Origin: a virus | Lineage: Duplodnaviria > Caudoviricetes | IMG/VR virus record: IMGVR_UViG_3300006129_000013 | Span: 1-40,833 of that record | Strand: one strand, 5' to 3' | DNA length: 40,833 nucleotides | Part shown: in pieces, positions 7,128 through 15,549 of the stretch | Position numbering within the stretch: position 1 is the stretch's first letter | How the letters are laid out: each line of letters starts with the position of its first letter | Position numbers and translations under genes: made by a program | The notes under the pieces: model-generated | What the model was told of the DNA's origin: nothing | The model's input: only the letters and a program-made list of their open reading frames with translations | Database searches by the model: none

Positions 7128-7372
7128 TCGTCGCTTTCTTCGATGCAGGTGCGTTGCTCCTCGGCGGCGAGGAGCAGTCCGTCGGTGACGTAGTCGGGTT
7201 GCTCGGCGGGGATCAAGATCCACGAGGTGGCCTCAATCCGGCCGCTGGAATCCATGCGCTGCAATCCAAGGATGGTGACGTGGTGAACCAGTTGGTAGGC
7301 GTCGCCCTCGCAGTCGAGCAGGTATTGCAATGCGGCGCGCAGGTTGGCCCAGGGGTCGACGGGGTTGGTCAT
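7124..7372 (-). CDS. hypothetical protein
   Basis: MTNPVDPWANLRAALQYLLD...QPDYVTDGLL; 4-bp overlaps. Confidence 0.7.
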   Translation of the reverse strand: MTNPVDPWANLRAALQYLLDCEGDAYQLVHHVTILGLQRMDSSGRIEATSWILIPAEQPDYVTDGLLLAAEEQRTCIEESDE

Positions 7373-7599
7373 CGCCGGCCGACCCGTGTCGCGAGGCGGT
7401 GCAGCGGGTCCAACGGTGTCGGCCAGCGGCGCAGCAGGTGTGCGGCGATGTAGATGATGGACAGGTCCGTCGCGATCGGGTGGCGGCGGCGGTACCGGTC
7501 GCAGGCTTCCGATAACAACTCCCCAGGCGGCGAGCAGGCCTCGTAGGCGACGATAAGCGCGGCCAGGGCAGTCCATGCACAGTCGGCGGGACGCGGCAT
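7369..7599 (-). CDS. small membrane protein
   Basis: AWTALAALIVAYE...GELLSEACDRY...AAHLL...DPL, a pattern typical of mycobacteriophage genes downstream of lysis. Confidence 0.72.
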   Translation of the reverse strand: MPRPADCAWTALAALIVAYEACSPPGELLSEACDRYRRRHPIATDLSIIYIAAHLLRRWPTPLDPLHRLATRVGRR

Positions 7600-7612
7600 C
7601 GTGCATCACCTC

Positions 7613-8770
7613 TCAGACGATGCTCATGCGGGAAACTGACCCGCCGCTCAATAGGTAGGACAGCCCTCCGCGGCGCGGCATGGCGCCGTGACGGTCGCGA
7701 AAGTAATCCGAGCCGCAGTCATATGTCGGAGACTGGATGCGGGTGCGCTGCTCGGTGGTCTCGACTTGCCATGAGTGGTAGTGGCCGTGCTGCAGGATGT
7801 GCGCGGCGCCGGCTGGCTGGTGATGCAGCGCCTGCTCGGACCACCACTTCATCGCCGATCCTGGACGCCACTGGTGGCCGTGAATGACGGTGACGATGGT
7901 GTCTCCGATGGGCACCGTCATCGACGCGGACCACTTGTCGGGCACCAATACGTCACAGTGACCATAGGCGGTCGGGTTGAGGGATAGCGCGTCGGCGACA
8001 CCGGTGGCGCATTCGGTCGCCCAGCCGTCACCAGGGTAGGTGTTCTGCGCTCGCTGCGCCTCGTCGTGGTTGCCGTTGACGACGGTCACCTTGACTTGAT
8101 CGACCAGGGGCGCGACGGCTTCGATGGTGGCCATCATCAACCGGCGCAGGATGCGGGTCTGCTCGGTGATTGTTTCCTGTGTCAGCCACAGGTTGCGGGC
8201 CGACTGGCTGACGATGCCTTCGATGCAGTCCCCCGGCATGCTGATCTGAATGCCTTCAATGCCGAGACGCTTGGCCGACTTGAACTCGGCGACGAACGCC
8301 TCGACGGAATCGAAATAGCGTTCGAGGATCTGGTCGGTGGATCCGTCGCGGGACCGCTTACCGAGTTGGAGGTCACCGGCCTGAAACACCAGCCAGTGCG
8401 CGCCGGATCCCGGCTTAGGTGCCTTGCGGGCGCGTTTGGCGATTGCTTCGATGTCGAGGGTGTCGAGGTTGGCGCCGACGGCGGCGATGGCGAACTTGTA
8501 GGCCGACAGCCACACGGTCTCGTAGGTGTTGGTGCCGCGGATCCGAGCCCGCTGCTCCCAGCGGGAGACGCGCGGGTTGCCGACGATCCGCACGACCTCG
8601 GGGTCATATCCGAATTGCTCAAGCAGCTCGGCGTGATCTTTGGGCGCCTCGCGCAGCGGTCCGGTCTGGATGGTGCCGCGCACGCCGTCGAACTCGGTGC
8701 GCGGGGTGTACTGCACTTCCTCGGCGGCCGGGTAGTCGCGGATGCCTTCGAGCCGATCTTCGAGGCTCAT
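7613..8770 (-). CDS. calcineurin-like metallophosphoesterase (Mre11/SbcD-like)
   Basis: GDLQLG, GDCIE, GNHD, HGH, GHYH motifs in canonical order. Confidence 0.88.
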   Translation of the reverse strand: MSLEDRLEGIRDYPAAEEVQYTPRTEFDGVRGTIQTGPLREAPKDHAELLEQFGYDPEVVRIVGNPRVSRWEQRARIRGTNTYETVWLSAYKFAIAAVGANLDTLDIEAIAKRARKAPKPGSGAHWLVFQAGDLQLGKRSRDGSTDQILERYFDSVEAFVAEFKSAKRLGIEGIQISMPGDCIEGIVSQSARNLWLTQETITEQTRILRRLMMATIEAVAPLVDQVKVTVVNGNHDEAQRAQNTYPGDGWATECATGVADALSLNPTAYGHCDVLVPDKWSASMTVPIGDTIVTVIHGHQWRPGSAMKWWSEQALHHQPAGAAHILQHGHYHSWQVETTEQRTRIQSPTYDCGSDYFRDRHGAMPRRGGLSYLLSGGSVSRMSIV

Positions 8771-9006
8771 CCGGTGTGGTGGTTTCGTATGTGATGGCGC
8801 AGCGCGGTCAGTGACACCGGGAACGGGTTGTCGTCATCGGCGACAGCCACCTCCCATAGTTGTGTCATCGACTTGCCGTCGGCGATCCAGTCGTCGAATG
8901 CGGCGCGGTCGCCGTCAGGAAGCGCGGCGTACCACTTGCAGGTCACGCAGCCGCCCGAGTTGGAGCGATTCGCAACAATGCCGGCGAGGCGATCGACTAA
9001 CGACAC
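8767..9006 (-). CDS. small CxxC-containing putative DNA-binding protein
   Basis: CVTCKW...SLTALRHHIRNHH; overlaps the phosphoesterase start. Confidence 0.7.
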   Translation of the reverse strand: MSLVDRLAGIVANRSNSGGCVTCKWYAALPDGDRAAFDDWIADGKSMTQLWEVAVADDDNPFPVSLTALRHHIRNHHTG

Positions 9007-9030
9007 ATGCCCTCCCAGTTCATGGTGGCG

Positions 9031-9144
9031 TCAATGCCGCCGGTCGTAGAACCAGCCGATCAACGCCACCAGTCCGGCGAAGCCGAGCAATGAACACTCC
9101 AGCACCGCAGGGTTGTTCCACCAGTAATGCGGCGGGGCCGTCAC
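9031..9144 (-). CDS. possible 37-aa membrane peptide
   Basis: Own translation VTAPPHYWWNNPAVLECSLLGFAGLVALIGWFYDRRH; GTGA overlap. Confidence 0.45.
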   Translation of the reverse strand: MTAPPHYWWNNPAVLECSLLGFAGLVALIGWFYDRRH

Positions 9145-9458
9145 AATGGCCGCCGGGGATTCTCAAGGCGCGATTCGATCCGCCGAATGGCGCGGGAGTG
9201 TTCATGAAGCTGGTTGTGGATCATGTGAACGGTGTCGCGGATCATGTCGATCTGATCGCGCAGGTTGTCCTCGTCGCTGTGGCTGTTGACGACCTGATGC
9301 TCGATCCGGTCGACAGCGGCGTTCTGGTCGGCGTTGCGGCGCTGTGCGAACTTCGCGCCGAGTACCGCGGTGATGACCGAGAAGATCCCGCTCCCGATAA
9401 CCAGGAACGCGACTTCTATGAGCCCGAACCAGCTGTGGTCTGCTGCAACATTGAACAC
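9141..9458 (-). CDS. lysis-cassette membrane protein (DUF2746-like)
   Basis: Single TM then QVVNSH...NLRDQID coiled coil; follows the holin. Confidence 0.78.
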   Translation of the reverse strand: MFNVAADHSWFGLIEVAFLVIGSGIFSVITAVLGAKFAQRRNADQNAAVDRIEHQVVNSHSDEDNLRDQIDMIRDTVHMIHNQLHEHSRAIRRIESRLENPRRPL

Positions 9459-9459
9459 A

Positions 9460-9708
9460 TCACTCCCGCTTCTTCTGGTATTCGACTGTGCGGGTCATCG
9501 ACGCCGTTCCCCGCCGACCGAACTGGCGCGAGATCACCGAGAATCCGATGGAGCACGCGGTGGTTCCGGCGGCCCACGTCATCCCACGTTCGAAGGCATC
9601 GAAGTGGGTGAAGTTGGAGATCGACCACTGGAACAGGTAGGCCAGCGTGCCGCCCGCGAATGATTTCGCGGCCCGCTCGGTCAGGTCGGCGGAGAACGGC
9701 GTCATCAC
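9460..9708 (-). CDS. holin (r1t-type)
   Basis: DLTERAAKSFAGG N-terminal motif, two TM segments, basic C-terminus. Confidence 0.78.
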   Translation of the reverse strand: MMTPFSADLTERAAKSFAGGTLAYLFQWSISNFTHFDAFERGMTWAAGTTACSIGFSVISRQFGRRGTASMTRTVEYQKKRE

Positions 9709-9716
9709 GGGAGTGT

Positions 9717-9905
9717 TTAGACCTTGGACGCGATGCCCGCAGCCAGCTGCAGGATGGAGTACAGCTCCTTGACGGCGAGCTGGATGTTGGCCGGAAGGAA
9801 GCTGTCAAAGTCCTCGACGACTTGCACGGCCTGCTCGGCGATAGCGATGGCCTTCTGCACGTCGGCGACGATGGTCGCGATCGGGGATGAGAGATCAAGA
9901 GCCAT
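9717..9905 (-). CDS. small hypothetical protein
   Basis: GAAAGG RBS; amphipathic 62-aa ORF. Confidence 0.65.
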   Translation of the reverse strand: MALDLSSPIATIVADVQKAIAIAEQAVQVVEDFDSFLPANIQLAVKELYSILQLAAGIASKV

Positions 9906-9987
9906 GATGGTGGAACCTTTCTAGGGTGGTGGGCTGCGATCGGGCTTTGTGATGCATGTGCGGGGCAGATCGCGGTGCCCCGACGTT

Positions 9988-10845
9988 CTATGGCGCCAGC
10001 TGTTGGCCGACGAGGCTGGCCAGATGGCTCAGCGCCAGCTGCCAGGACGTCAGGTTGGATCCCGGCAGCGGCATGGTGAACTGGTAGTCGGTGTGCGGCA
10101 CCAGCTGCTCGGTGCCGAAGAACTCCACGGCGACGACGATCGCGCTGATCATTCCGGCCGCGGACTTGATGAAGTCCAGGCCGAAGAACTTGAGCAGTGC
10201 CTTGGTCAAGGGCTCGAAGCCGTCCCACACGTTGTAGACGAAGCCCCAGATGGCCCGGATATCGGCGAGTCCGTCGCCGGTTTCACCGCAGCACGTGGTG
10301 TAGAGGTCGTCGCCGGCTGATCCGCGAATGTGCTTGTCGTTGGCGAAGTCCCACCACGTGTCGGGCGGTGGGACGAGGCCGGGGTCGCCCATGTTCGGAG
10401 TGACGATGCCCTGGCCGAGGACGGGCTGACCGCCGGGGAAGGTGTGTCCGGCCATCCGGCGCGGGCATCCGAACGTGGCGGCGCCGAGGAAGTCCGGTAG
10501 GCGGTGGTGGATTGCCGAGGACGGATCGTTGAGCATGTCCCAGATGTTGGCGGCGATGATCGAGCCCTCGGAGTAGGCGCAGATCGCGAACTTGCCGGTG
10601 GGGTGCACGTCGGTCAGCTGGCGAGCGAACTCCGCGGTGCCCTGCTTGATGCCGCCGGACATCGGGACGGGCGTCGGATCGAAAGCCACAGGCTGCCAAT
10701 AATATTTACTGTCAACATGTTCCCCGACGAACTGCGCCCAGATCGCGTTCCACGGGTTGGTCAGGTAACGCGCAATGTCCGCTTGATACCCCGTCCACAT
10801 ATCAACGGCGGCGCCGTTGAGCGTGTACAGGACGGTAAGTGTCAT
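9988..10845 (-). CDS. lysB: lysin B (cutinase-like alpha/beta hydrolase)
   Basis: AYSEG nucleophile elbow, TFGCPRR, GDDLYT and late PH; located in the lysis cassette. Start trimmed to ATG 10845. Confidence 0.82.
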   Translation of the reverse strand: MTLTVLYTLNGAAVDMWTGYQADIARYLTNPWNAIWAQFVGEHVDSKYYWQPVAFDPTPVPMSGGIKQGTAEFARQLTDVHPTGKFAICAYSEGSIIAANIWDMLNDPSSAIHHRLPDFLGAATFGCPRRMAGHTFPGGQPVLGQGIVTPNMGDPGLVPPPDTWWDFANDKHIRGSAGDDLYTTCCGETGDGLADIRAIWGFVYNVWDGFEPLTKALLKFFGLDFIKSAAGMISAIVVAVEFFGTEQLVPHTDYQFTMPLPGSNLTSWQLALSHLASLVGQQLAP

Positions 10846-11219
10846 TCGGCGAGGATTGTCGAGATGTCGACCTTGCCGGCGGCGGCCAACGCTTGCAGGA
10901 TCTGATTGTTTTGATCGGCCAGGTACCACGTCCGGGTGATGGTGTCGCGCAGGCCGACCGGGGTGGTGCGGTCCCATCCGCTCGCAGGCTTACCGGCGCT
11001 GATCGGGAAGAACCGCAACAGATCCCAGCCGACGCGCAGAATGATGCTGCGGATGTCCCACGCCCACCACGATTTAAACCCGTTCTTGACCGGGTCCGCG
11101 CCTTGGTACAGCTGCACGGCGTCCGACGGTGCGGCGGCCGGTGCGCCGGCCGGTGCGGGACCGCCCACGCCCCAGCATTGCCGGTTGATGGACACCTCGA
11201 CGGGATCCGGTGCGGTCAT
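10842..11219 (-). CDS. hypothetical lysis-region protein
   Basis: Tightly coupled between the amidase and lysin B; Trp-rich core and helical end. Confidence 0.7.
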   Translation of the reverse strand: MTAPDPVEVSINRQCWGVGGPAPAGAPAAAPSDAVQLYQGADPVKNGFKSWWAWDIRSIILRVGWDLLRFFPISAGKPASGWDRTTPVGLRDTITRTWYLADQNNQILQALAAAGKVDISTILAE

Positions 11220-11220
11220 G

Positions 11221-11925
11221 TCAGGCTCCTAGCTTGGTGGTGATCGCGGCGATCTTCGCCTCGATGTCGGTGAGGCGCTTCTGCACGTCTTTGACGCTGG
11301 AGTACAGGCTCGCCGCGTCGGTTGTCTTGGTGGCGTGGATGGGTGGCGCGAGTTGGGTCTGCCAGTAGCGGATCCGCGCACCGAAGAAGGGCCAGGGGAA
11401 GTTGGGTCCGCAGTCGACGTGAGTGCCCCAGCCGATCACATTGGTGACGAACTGGTGATCGGTGATGCCCCAGGACTTCGCCGAGAAGTGCGTGTACGGC
11501 GGCGCCATCGTGCGCAGCGGAATGCCGTATTTGGTGCAGTCCTGCACGGCCAGGTAGGCGGCGACGTCGATGGCGCGGGACTGCTGCATCCACTCGCTGG
11601 TCGACCAGTTGACCGTCGACCCGGCGAAGCACAGGTTGATGGCCCGGTCGTTGCCCGCGCCGACCGACCATGATGACAGGTCGGTGTCGACGCAATCGAC
11701 GACAGTGACACCGTGGTCGACCGGATCCTGGGAGATCGTGTAGTGGTAGGAAACCGGATTCGGGCCGCCGGTGGTGGAGATCAGGAAGTCCGACAGGCTC
11801 TGCGCGCCGTCCTTGACCGAGCCACCTTCCTCGGTGTGAATAATCCACAGACTCGGGGCGGTCCCGCCGCGATCGTTAGAGTTGGCGCACCAGTTGGGAT
11901 ATTCATTGAATGAAGGTCGTGCCAT
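11221..11925 (-). CDS. lysA: lysin A, N-acetylmuramoyl-L-alanine amidase (Amidase_2)
   Basis: IIHTEEG, VSYHY, AINLCFAG, ITDH, HVDCGPNFPW. Start trimmed to ATG 11925. Confidence 0.9.
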   Translation of the reverse strand: MARPSFNEYPNWCANSNDRGGTAPSLWIIHTEEGGSVKDGAQSLSDFLISTTGGPNPVSYHYTISQDPVDHGVTVVDCVDTDLSSWSVGAGNDRAINLCFAGSTVNWSTSEWMQQSRAIDVAAYLAVQDCTKYGIPLRTMAPPYTHFSAKSWGITDHQFVTNVIGWGTHVDCGPNFPWPFFGARIRYWQTQLAPPIHATKTTDAASLYSSVKDVQKRLTDIEAKIAAITTKLGA

Positions 11926-11941
11926 TATTCGGCGCCTTTCC

Positions 11942-12394
11942 TCACTGGATCCCGAGGCTCTTCGGGATCTCGTTTTTTGCGGTGATGAGATGCCGGACGT
12001 ATTTCTCGGCCTCGTAGTCACTGGAGCTGGCGACATGCACGCCGCCGGCGCCGCGGTGATGCCATTCGCACAGCCACAGCAGGTTCTGCGCCGATTCGAC
12101 CCATGCGCCGACGTGATGCGGGTCGGACACTCCGGGGTAGTCGATCTCCAGCCATTCGAGGTTCACGCCGTTCTGCAGCGAGAACTCGATGTGGGAATGG
12201 TGTAGCTCAAGCTGGCCGACGCATTCGGAGAAGTCGTTGCGGTGTATCCCCATTGCGCACTTGGCGGTGTCTTTGGTGCGCCGCCGGTAGGCCTCGAAGT
12301 CGACGTAGTTCGGATCACCTTCGCGGGGTTCATGCGCGGGATAGTTGACCCAGTAGGTGTGCGTGATCTTGCCGTTGTGCGCCGGTGTTGTCAT
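11942..12394 (-). CDS. HNH-like protein
   Basis: C...C-x-LELHH...NLLWLCEWHH...GVH pattern. Confidence 0.62.
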   Translation of the reverse strand: MTTPAHNGKITHTYWVNYPAHEPREGDPNYVDFEAYRRRTKDTAKCAMGIHRNDFSECVGQLELHHSHIEFSLQNGVNLEWLEIDYPGVSDPHHVGAWVESAQNLLWLCEWHHRGAGGVHVASSSDYEAEKYVRHLITAKNEIPKSLGIQ

Positions 12395-12472
12395 CGTTGT
12401 CGTCCACTCCAGTAGCAGTCGCGGCAGTAGCGTGAGAACCGTTCGGAGGGCTTACCGCACAGAACACAGGGC

Positions 12473-13237
12473 TCAGCCGACGTTGTCGAGCAGCTGCAGA
12501 TCGTTGAGGAGCTTGCCGCCGTCGATTCCATTGATGTCGATGCCGTTCTTGAGTTTCTCCGGGGTGAAGAACGCGTAGGCCTCGTCGCAGGCCTGCTCGT
12601 ACCCGGCCTGCGTGACGCCGACGACGTCGGTGCCCCAGGTGATGATGCGGCAGTTACCGCCGTGCATGGCGACCCCGGTGATCGCATGGCCGCCGATGAT
12701 CTTGGGCCGAGATACCTTGTCCCACACGTATTCGGCGTTCTGAAAGGCATCCATCCACTGCTGGCTCATCTTGACGCCGAGGGTGACACCGTCGAAGTAG
12801 TAGAGCGCGTATTGCAGCTGCTCCCAGTTCCCCGGCTCAAGCGCGAGCGCGGCGCCGAGCTTATGCCGCTTGCCGGCGCCGTCAACCAGCCCCTTGGTGT
12901 AGCGGTAGTGGATCAGCGACGGGACATCGGTGCCCTGGTCGGTGCTCGGGTCGCGCGGGTCATAACCCGTGACGGCCGAGTAGTTCTTGATGGCCACCGA
13001 GTCCGACAGCGGGATGGCCTTTCCTGCCTCGGCGCACCACAGCCGATGCTGGTGCAGCGCATCAGCGATGGCGCAGTCGCCAACTCGGTCGTTGGCGAGG
13101 ATGCCCCAGTTGCCGACGAGGTTGTCGTGGCCGAACTCGGCGGGCGGGGTGGCCAGCACGTTGGTGTCGACGTAAGACGAGAAGTGCAGCTTGACGGCGC
13201 CGGGACGCGCGGGCTTCTTGCCGAGCAGGTAGGTCAT
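12473..13237 (-). CDS. papain-like cysteine peptidase
   Basis: NDRVGDCAIA (Cys), GGHAI (His), ITWG; ATG 13237 with AAGGAG RBS. Confidence 0.75.
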   Translation of the reverse strand: MTYLLGKKPARPGAVKLHFSSYVDTNVLATPPAEFGHDNLVGNWGILANDRVGDCAIADALHQHRLWCAEAGKAIPLSDSVAIKNYSAVTGYDPRDPSTDQGTDVPSLIHYRYTKGLVDGAGKRHKLGAALALEPGNWEQLQYALYYFDGVTLGVKMSQQWMDAFQNAEYVWDKVSRPKIIGGHAITGVAMHGGNCRIITWGTDVVGVTQAGYEQACDEAYAFFTPEKLKNGIDINGIDGGKLLNDLQLLDNVG

Positions 13238-13272
13238 CGGTTCTCCTTGAAAGTGTTGGGCCGCGCGCAGGA

Positions 13273-14064
13273 TTACGCGAAGACGACGCAGCGGTAGGCG
13301 TTGGAGCTGGGCGCGACGGCGAAGGTCAGGGTGACCGTGTTGGTGGTCGCATGGTTCACGTCGCATTCCACCTGGTCATAAGTGGATGCGTCGTAGAGCC
13401 GGACGACCACGTCGCGGGTGCCGAGCGAGTGGGTGACGGTGATGGCGGTGGAGGCGCCGTCGCCGACGGTGGTGGCGTACTTGCGCACCACGACCGAGTT
13501 GTCGATGGCGACACCGGTGCTGCTCACCGAGATGCCGGTATCGGCCTTGACCGAGAAGGTGTTGGCCGACAGGTTCAGGCCGTTGCCGTTGCTGTAGACG
13601 ATGCCGCCACCGAACTGCGCCCAGACGGTGGCCGTGGAGCCGATGGTGAGGGTGCCGTTATTGGTGCATGTCCAGGCGGTATCGGCGTTGACGGTGCCCT
13701 CGTTGACGAACACGGTGGCGTTGGGGACCAGTTCGCCGGCGCCGTCCATGTCGGTCGCCCGCGTCGGTGCCCCGGTGGCGGCCACGACGTAGATGCCATT
13801 CTCCGCGCCGCTGGTCTGGTTCTTAATCAGGATGCGGTCACCGGTGGCCAGTGTGACGCCGTCGATGCTTTGGCCGTTGGCGTAGGCGCTGGCCAGGGTG
13901 CCGGTGACGGTGGTGGCCGCGCGTACCGAGGGCTTCCACTGTAGTCCGGTGATCAGGGCGTCGACATAGCCCTTGTTGGCGGCGTCTGCGGATGCCGAGG
14001 GGCTGGCGAGGTTGACGATTTTCTGGTTGGTGACGTCGATGCCGTTGAGGAACTTGCGGGACAT
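13273..14064 (-). CDS. virion fibre / minor structural protein
   Basis: DAANKGYVD, VRAATT, DRILIKNQTSGAENGIYVV fibre-type motifs; C-terminal THSLGTRDVVV domain. Confidence 0.75.
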   Translation of the reverse strand: MSRKFLNGIDVTNQKIVNLASPSASADAANKGYVDALITGLQWKPSVRAATTVTGTLASAYANGQSIDGVTLATGDRILIKNQTSGAENGIYVVAATGAPTRATDMDGAGELVPNATVFVNEGTVNADTAWTCTNNGTLTIGSTATVWAQFGGGIVYSNGNGLNLSANTFSVKADTGISVSSTGVAIDNSVVVRKYATTVGDGASTAITVTHSLGTRDVVVRLYDASTYDQVECDVNHATTNTVTLTFAVAPSSNAYRCVVFA

Positions 14065-14073
14065 TGGCGGTCC

Positions 14074-14427
14074 TTATCCTAGTTTGAGGGTGCCGGTTTG
14101 CGGGGTGGCGAAGGTGACGACGACGGTGTAGTTGTCGGGGAAGTCGATGTCGGTGTCGACGATCTCGCCGTTGATGAGAACGGTTGCGGTGACGGGGATT
14201 CGGCCGAGGGTGTGGGTCACGGTCCAGGTGGCGGCCGGGGTGTTCTGGCTGTAGGTGTAGCCGGTCCATGACGGGCCGGGATCGCCTTGCGGTCCGGCCG
14301 GCCCACGGCTGGTCAGTGACAGCACCACTTGGGCGTTGTCGGGTTGCACGGCGGCGGTCGGTGCCTCGATGTCGATGCCGAGTCGGTTGACGGGGACGGC
14401 GATCTCCAGCTCAATGGGCTGGCTCAT
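14074..14427 (-). CDS. minor tail protein with a short collagen-like stretch
   Basis: GPAGPQGDPGP; TWTVTHTLG domain. Start trimmed to ATG 14427. Confidence 0.7.
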   Translation of the reverse strand: MSQPIELEIAVPVNRLGIDIEAPTAAVQPDNAQVVLSLTSRGPAGPQGDPGPSWTGYTYSQNTPAATWTVTHTLGRIPVTATVLINGEIVDTDIDFPDNYTVVVTFATPQTGTLKLG

Positions 14428-14789
14428 CCGTCGAACCGAACCGTTCTGCCGTTGGTGACGACCTGCTCGGCGCCGCCGTTGGCCAGAATGACCCGCCACG
14501 GCACACCTTTGGGGATGGCGTCGACGATGGTGTGGTCGACGACGACGGTGGCCGAGGAACCGGAGATGGTGGCGTTGGCGGTGGTGGCGGGGCTGGTGTC
14601 GATGACCAGCTGGACCGTCGAGCCGCCTGGATAGTTGGTGACGGTGTATTGCTTGTTACCACTGCCGTCGAGGATCGGTTCGCCGCTGCCGTCGACGACG
14701 AGGGGCTTGTAGATGAAGGTGACCGTGAGGTCGCCGCCCTTGGACAGTGGGAGGTCGAGCTTCGGCGGCGGGCTGAACAACTGTGCCAC
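14424..14789 (-). CDS. minor tail / fibre-associated protein
   Basis: LPLSKGGDLTVTF...GRTVRFDG beta-rich protein; GAAAAGG RBS. Confidence 0.7.
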   Translation of the reverse strand: MAQLFSPPPKLDLPLSKGGDLTVTFIYKPLVVDGSGEPILDGSGNKQYTVTNYPGGSTVQLVIDTSPATTANATISGSSATVVVDHTIVDAIPKGVPWRVILANGGAEQVVTNGRTVRFDG

Positions 14790-14804
14790 GGTGACCCTTT
14801 CCTT

Positions 14805-15524
14805 TTAGCTGACTTTGAACCAGTTCGCCGCGGTGGTCGGGGTGGCCACCAGTGCGACGAACGTGCCTGCGGTATTGGTCGTCAGTGTTGCCACGGTTGC
14901 GCCACCGGAGGCGTTGACGGTCACCGAGCCTGTCGAGGTATTGATGATGGTGAATCGGCGCCCCGCCGAGACGCTGGTCGTCGGCAGCACAACGGTGTGT
15001 GTGGTGGACCCGGTGAACACTTGGTTTTCGTTGTAGTTGTTCGTCAGGTTGAGCGTGCCGCCGGATGTGACGTTGCTCGTCAGTGATGCGTTGAACCCAA
15101 CGGAGTAGAGGATGCCGAAGCTGTCCCGTATTGGTGCCGTATATGTTCCTGCGGAAAAATTGGCGGTGGCACTGGTGCACGTCCAGTCGGCGGCGGCTGT
15201 CGGGGTGTCGATTTGTGCCGTGAATGTCGCGGTCTTGGACGGCCCGATAGCGCCCTGCGGCAGCCCGTTGCCCGCCGATGACTGCATCGACACCACGCCG
15301 GTGGAGTTGTTGATGATGGTGTAGGTCATGCCCGCGGTCACGCCGGTGGTGGGTAGCTTGACGTTCTGCGCGAGGGTTCCGGTGAACACCTGCACCTGGC
15401 TGCTGGAAATACTGAGCGTCGTGGTGCCGTTCGCGGTGGCTGTCGAGGTGCGGGTGGAAAAGTGAGCGTTGGCCGTCAGGTTGGTGCCAGTGGCGTCGAG
15501 GCCGTTGAGGAACTTGCGGGACAT
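14805..15524 (-). CDS. fibre-like minor structural protein with an internal duplication
   Basis: Two copies of QVFTG...V.LPTT.V.AG...TIIN.STG.V; shares the MSRKFLNG start with 13273-14064. Confidence 0.72.
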   Translation of the reverse strand: MSRKFLNGLDATGTNLTANAHFSTRTSTATANGTTTLSISSSQVQVFTGTLAQNVKLPTTGVTAGMTYTIINNSTGVVSMQSSAGNGLPQGAIGPSKTATFTAQIDTPTAAADWTCTSATANFSAGTYTAPIRDSFGILYSVGFNASLTSNVTSGGTLNLTNNYNENQVFTGSTTHTVVLPTTSVSAGRRFTIINTSTGSVTVNASGGATVATLTTNTAGTFVALVATPTTAANWFKVS

Positions 15525-15549
15525 TACTGAGCGTCCTTATCCGGGCCGG

